Of a DNA stretch of 46,786 nt, positions 45,187-46,786 are shown piece after piece. Each line of letters begins with the position of its first letter. Positions within the stretch are counted from its first letter, which is position 1. Below the pieces are notes generated by a model. The model saw nothing but the letters and a program-made list of their open reading frames with translations. It made no database searches and was not told the DNA's origin. The translations under genes and the position numbers were made by a program. This DNA comes from an uncultured Methanosarcinales archaeon (GTDB lineage: Archaea; Nanobdellota; Nanobdellia; Woesearchaeales; JAGLXL01): assembly GCA_964364045.1 (NCBI GenBank), contig CAYIKL010000004.1:1-46786 (forward strand). The letters run 5' to 3'.

Positions 45187-45383
45187 CTGAGCAGCCTCTT
45201 TATCGCAGCTCCGCAGAGAAGGATGCCGAGAGTAACCACGATTGCGATAGCAGCCATTGTAACGCTTTTTTCCTTTCCTGCGGTGATTATCAAAAAAAAG
45301 ATTGATGCAAAAAGTGTAGTGCTGAACATAAAGCCAGAGACAATGCCCGGTTTCCATGCAACAGATTTTTTCTCGGTAAACAT
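45183..45383 (-). CDS. Small 2-TM membrane protein
   Basis: MFTEKKSVAWKPG... 66 aa with two hydrophobic helices; TTTATAAAT at 45406-45414 lies about 25 nt upstream. Confidence 0.7.
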   Translation of the reverse strand: MFTEKKSVAWKPGIVSGFMFSTTLFASIFFLIITAGKEKSVTMAAIAIVVTLGILLCGAAIKRLLR

Positions 45384-45467
45384 CACATTTTCCCTGTACA
45401 CCTCATTTATAAATGTTGTTGTATCTCAACACAATTTTTATATACTGTGCCTCTCACGAGCATTTTC

Positions 45468-46343
45468 ATGGATGCTGAAGAGATAGGTAAAAAAGTCAGC
45501 TCGTTTTATAACAAGACACCGTTTCCTGACTACGAGCTTGACCGATTTAACGACAAAGAAGATTTGCGTCTTTCAGCATATCCCTTTGCAAAAGTGCTGG
45601 ACAGGAGCATCCCTCGCGATGCGTCAATCATTGATGTCGGGACAGGAACCGGACAATTATCTGCGTTTTTATCTCTCCGAAGGGCATGTGTTTATGGGGT
45701 AGATTTTTCTGATGGTTCATTAGACAAGGCACACCAGCTGAAGGAGAAGCTGAACCTGGACACCTGGCATCTGAAAAAAGTAAATCTCCTTGACCGACAG
45801 CACATCAATGACATCGGCATGCAGTTTGATTATGTGCTCTGTCTTGGTGTGTTGCATCACACGGCTGATCCCTATGGCGGCTTCCAAAATATTCTCCGGC
45901 TGTTAAAGCCAAATGGGCATATTGCGATTGGCTTGTACAACCGCTTTGGGCGCATTCCTTTGAAAGTACGAATCCTTCTTGCCAAGACGGTCTTTAAGAA
46001 CAGCAAATCTGTTCAGGATTGGTTCATCAAGATGCAGCTTGGCGATGTTGAGGACAAGGAAAGAGCACGGGGCTGGTGGAACGACCAGTATTGCCATCCG
46101 CATGAGTCAACACACGCTGTAGGAGAAGTTTTACGATGGTTTAAGAAAAATAACCTTGAATTTCTCCAGTCGGTTCCCTCACTTGAACTCTTTGATGAGA
46201 GCGTGCTTGATATAGGAGGCGTCTGGAATGCATCGCGTTATCCTCATCTTGCATCACGAATAGGCAAGCAGCTTGCGTGGATTTATACTACTCATCGTGA
46301 AGGCGGCTACTGGATCATGTTTGGGAGAAAAGGGCAAGCTTAA
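45468..46343 (+). CDS. Class I SAM-dependent methyltransferase
   Basis: FYNKTPFPDY, IIDVGTGTGQ, GVDFS, FDYVLCLGVLHHT, LKPNG, DQYCHPHES; TATA at 45437-45444. Confidence 0.92.
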   Translation: MDAEEIGKKVSSFYNKTPFPDYELDRFNDKEDLRLSAYPFAKVLDRSIPRDASIIDVGTGTGQLSAFLSLRRACVYGVDFSDGSLDKAHQLKEKLNLDTWHLKKVNLLDRQHINDIGMQFDYVLCLGVLHHTADPYGGFQNILRLLKPNGHIAIGLYNRFGRIPLKVRILLAKTVFKNSKSVQDWFIKMQLGDVEDKERARGWWNDQYCHPHESTHAVGEVLRWFKKNNLEFLQSVPSLELFDESVLDIGGVWNASRYPHLASRIGKQLAWIYTTHREGGYWIMFGRKGQA

Positions 46344-46384
46344 CAAGACAAATATTTATAAATTGCTCATTTTGTTGCATTTTT

Positions 46385-46786
46385 ATGAAGCGTGATGAGA
46401 AAACAGCAAGATGGGTACGTTATATAGGGCTTTTTTTGTTTGCTCTTGGTCTTGTCGGCACCATAGCATCACTCCTCATTGACGTTGAATTCATAGAAAA
46501 GTATGGCGTCAAAAGGGAGCTTCGTGAGCAGTCAAAGATGGGTGTTGTTATTCTCAAACAGCAGCTTCTGGTTGAAAGTGTCGTTCTTGGCGTGATTGGC
46601 ATCATGGGCGTCCTTTTTTCAAGTGCGATTGCAGCATTTTGCAGGCGGAAGAAAAGGCTCCTTCAGAATCTCCTCGTCTTTCTTGCTATGTTGTTGCTGC
46701 TCATTGTTTTGGGTGAGATCATCCTGCGTATCTTCTTTGCAGACACAATCTATGGCGAGTATGGCTTTGGTCCTGGATATGTAAAG
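46385..46786 (+). CDS. Membrane-anchored protein, 5' part (possibly an SGNH/GDSL-type N-terminus)
   Basis: Not in the ORF track; hand translation MKRDEKTARWVRYIGLFLFALG...LLLLIVLGEIILRIFF... is open to the window end; ATTTATAAAT upstream. The SGNH guess rests only on the LGEIILRI anchor and gene context. Confidence 0.6.
   Translation, partial: MKRDEKTARWVRYIGLFLFALGLVGTIASLLIDVEFIEKYGVKRELREQSKMGVVILKQQLLVESVVLGVIGIMGVLFSSAIAAFCRRKKRLLQNLLVFLAMLLLLIVLGEIILRIFFADTIYGEYGFGPGYVK

Noticed and set aside
43188-45383. Saxitoxin or antibiotic biosynthetic cluster
   Set aside because: Only the generic carbamoyltransferase and SxtJ-like pair is present. There is no sxtA, PKS or NRPS, and the context is surface glycan.
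1076-46784. Numerous 60-230 aa antisense or alternate-frame ORFs (e.g. 4503..5054, 24929..25630, 33013..33537, 45043..45486)
   Set aside because: They overlap well-supported genes, show no motifs and look like shadow ORFs.
1-46786. CRISPR array, tRNA/rRNA, transposase or integrase
   Set aside because: No spaced repeats, cloverleaf or recombinase motifs were seen; the largest intergenic gap is only about 300 nt.

Overview
The window is one gene-dense surface-glycan biosynthesis and decoration locus of about 44 CDS. I found no rRNA, tRNA, CRISPR array or mobile element. TATA boxes about 25-30 nt upstream of many starts, ATGA-overlapped operons and abutting convergent genes point to an archaeon with a compact genome; a DPANN-like source is an inference. 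Modules in order: (1) gmd-perosamine aminotransferase-GT2-GNAT; (2) GT2, flippase, methyltransferases and a B12 radical SAM; (3) ino1, an IPCT-like nucleotidyltransferase and a CDP-alcohol phosphotransferase, interleaved with TylF and FkbM methyltransferases; (4) carbamoyltransferase 1; (5) ferredoxin, B12 radical SAM and a ferredoxin-DUF4346 fusion; (6) a 13-gene legionaminic-acid-type nonulosonate operon with amidino (WbuXYZ-like), deacetylase, methyltransferase and PtmF/B/A (ElaABC-like) genes; (7) a sulfotransferase-like protein, a candidate nonulosonate transferase, GT4, an orphan, an MFS transporter and a GT-C-like protein; (8) a PAPS-like locus; (9) carbamoyltransferase 2 with a split SxtJ-like partner. 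The best candidate for an undescribed system is module 8 (37277-43197). It has a sulfotransferase, cysQ and a cysC-cysQ fusion but no ATP sulfurylase. In that position sits an operon of two paralogous Pol-beta-type nucleotidyltransferases and an atypical HIT protein. The kinase and sulfotransferase appear to lack some canonical sulfate-handling residues. This suggests either a non-orthologous APS-forming enzyme or a new 3'-phospho-nucleotide-X donor pathway. All family calls come from motif recognition by eye, not from database searches.
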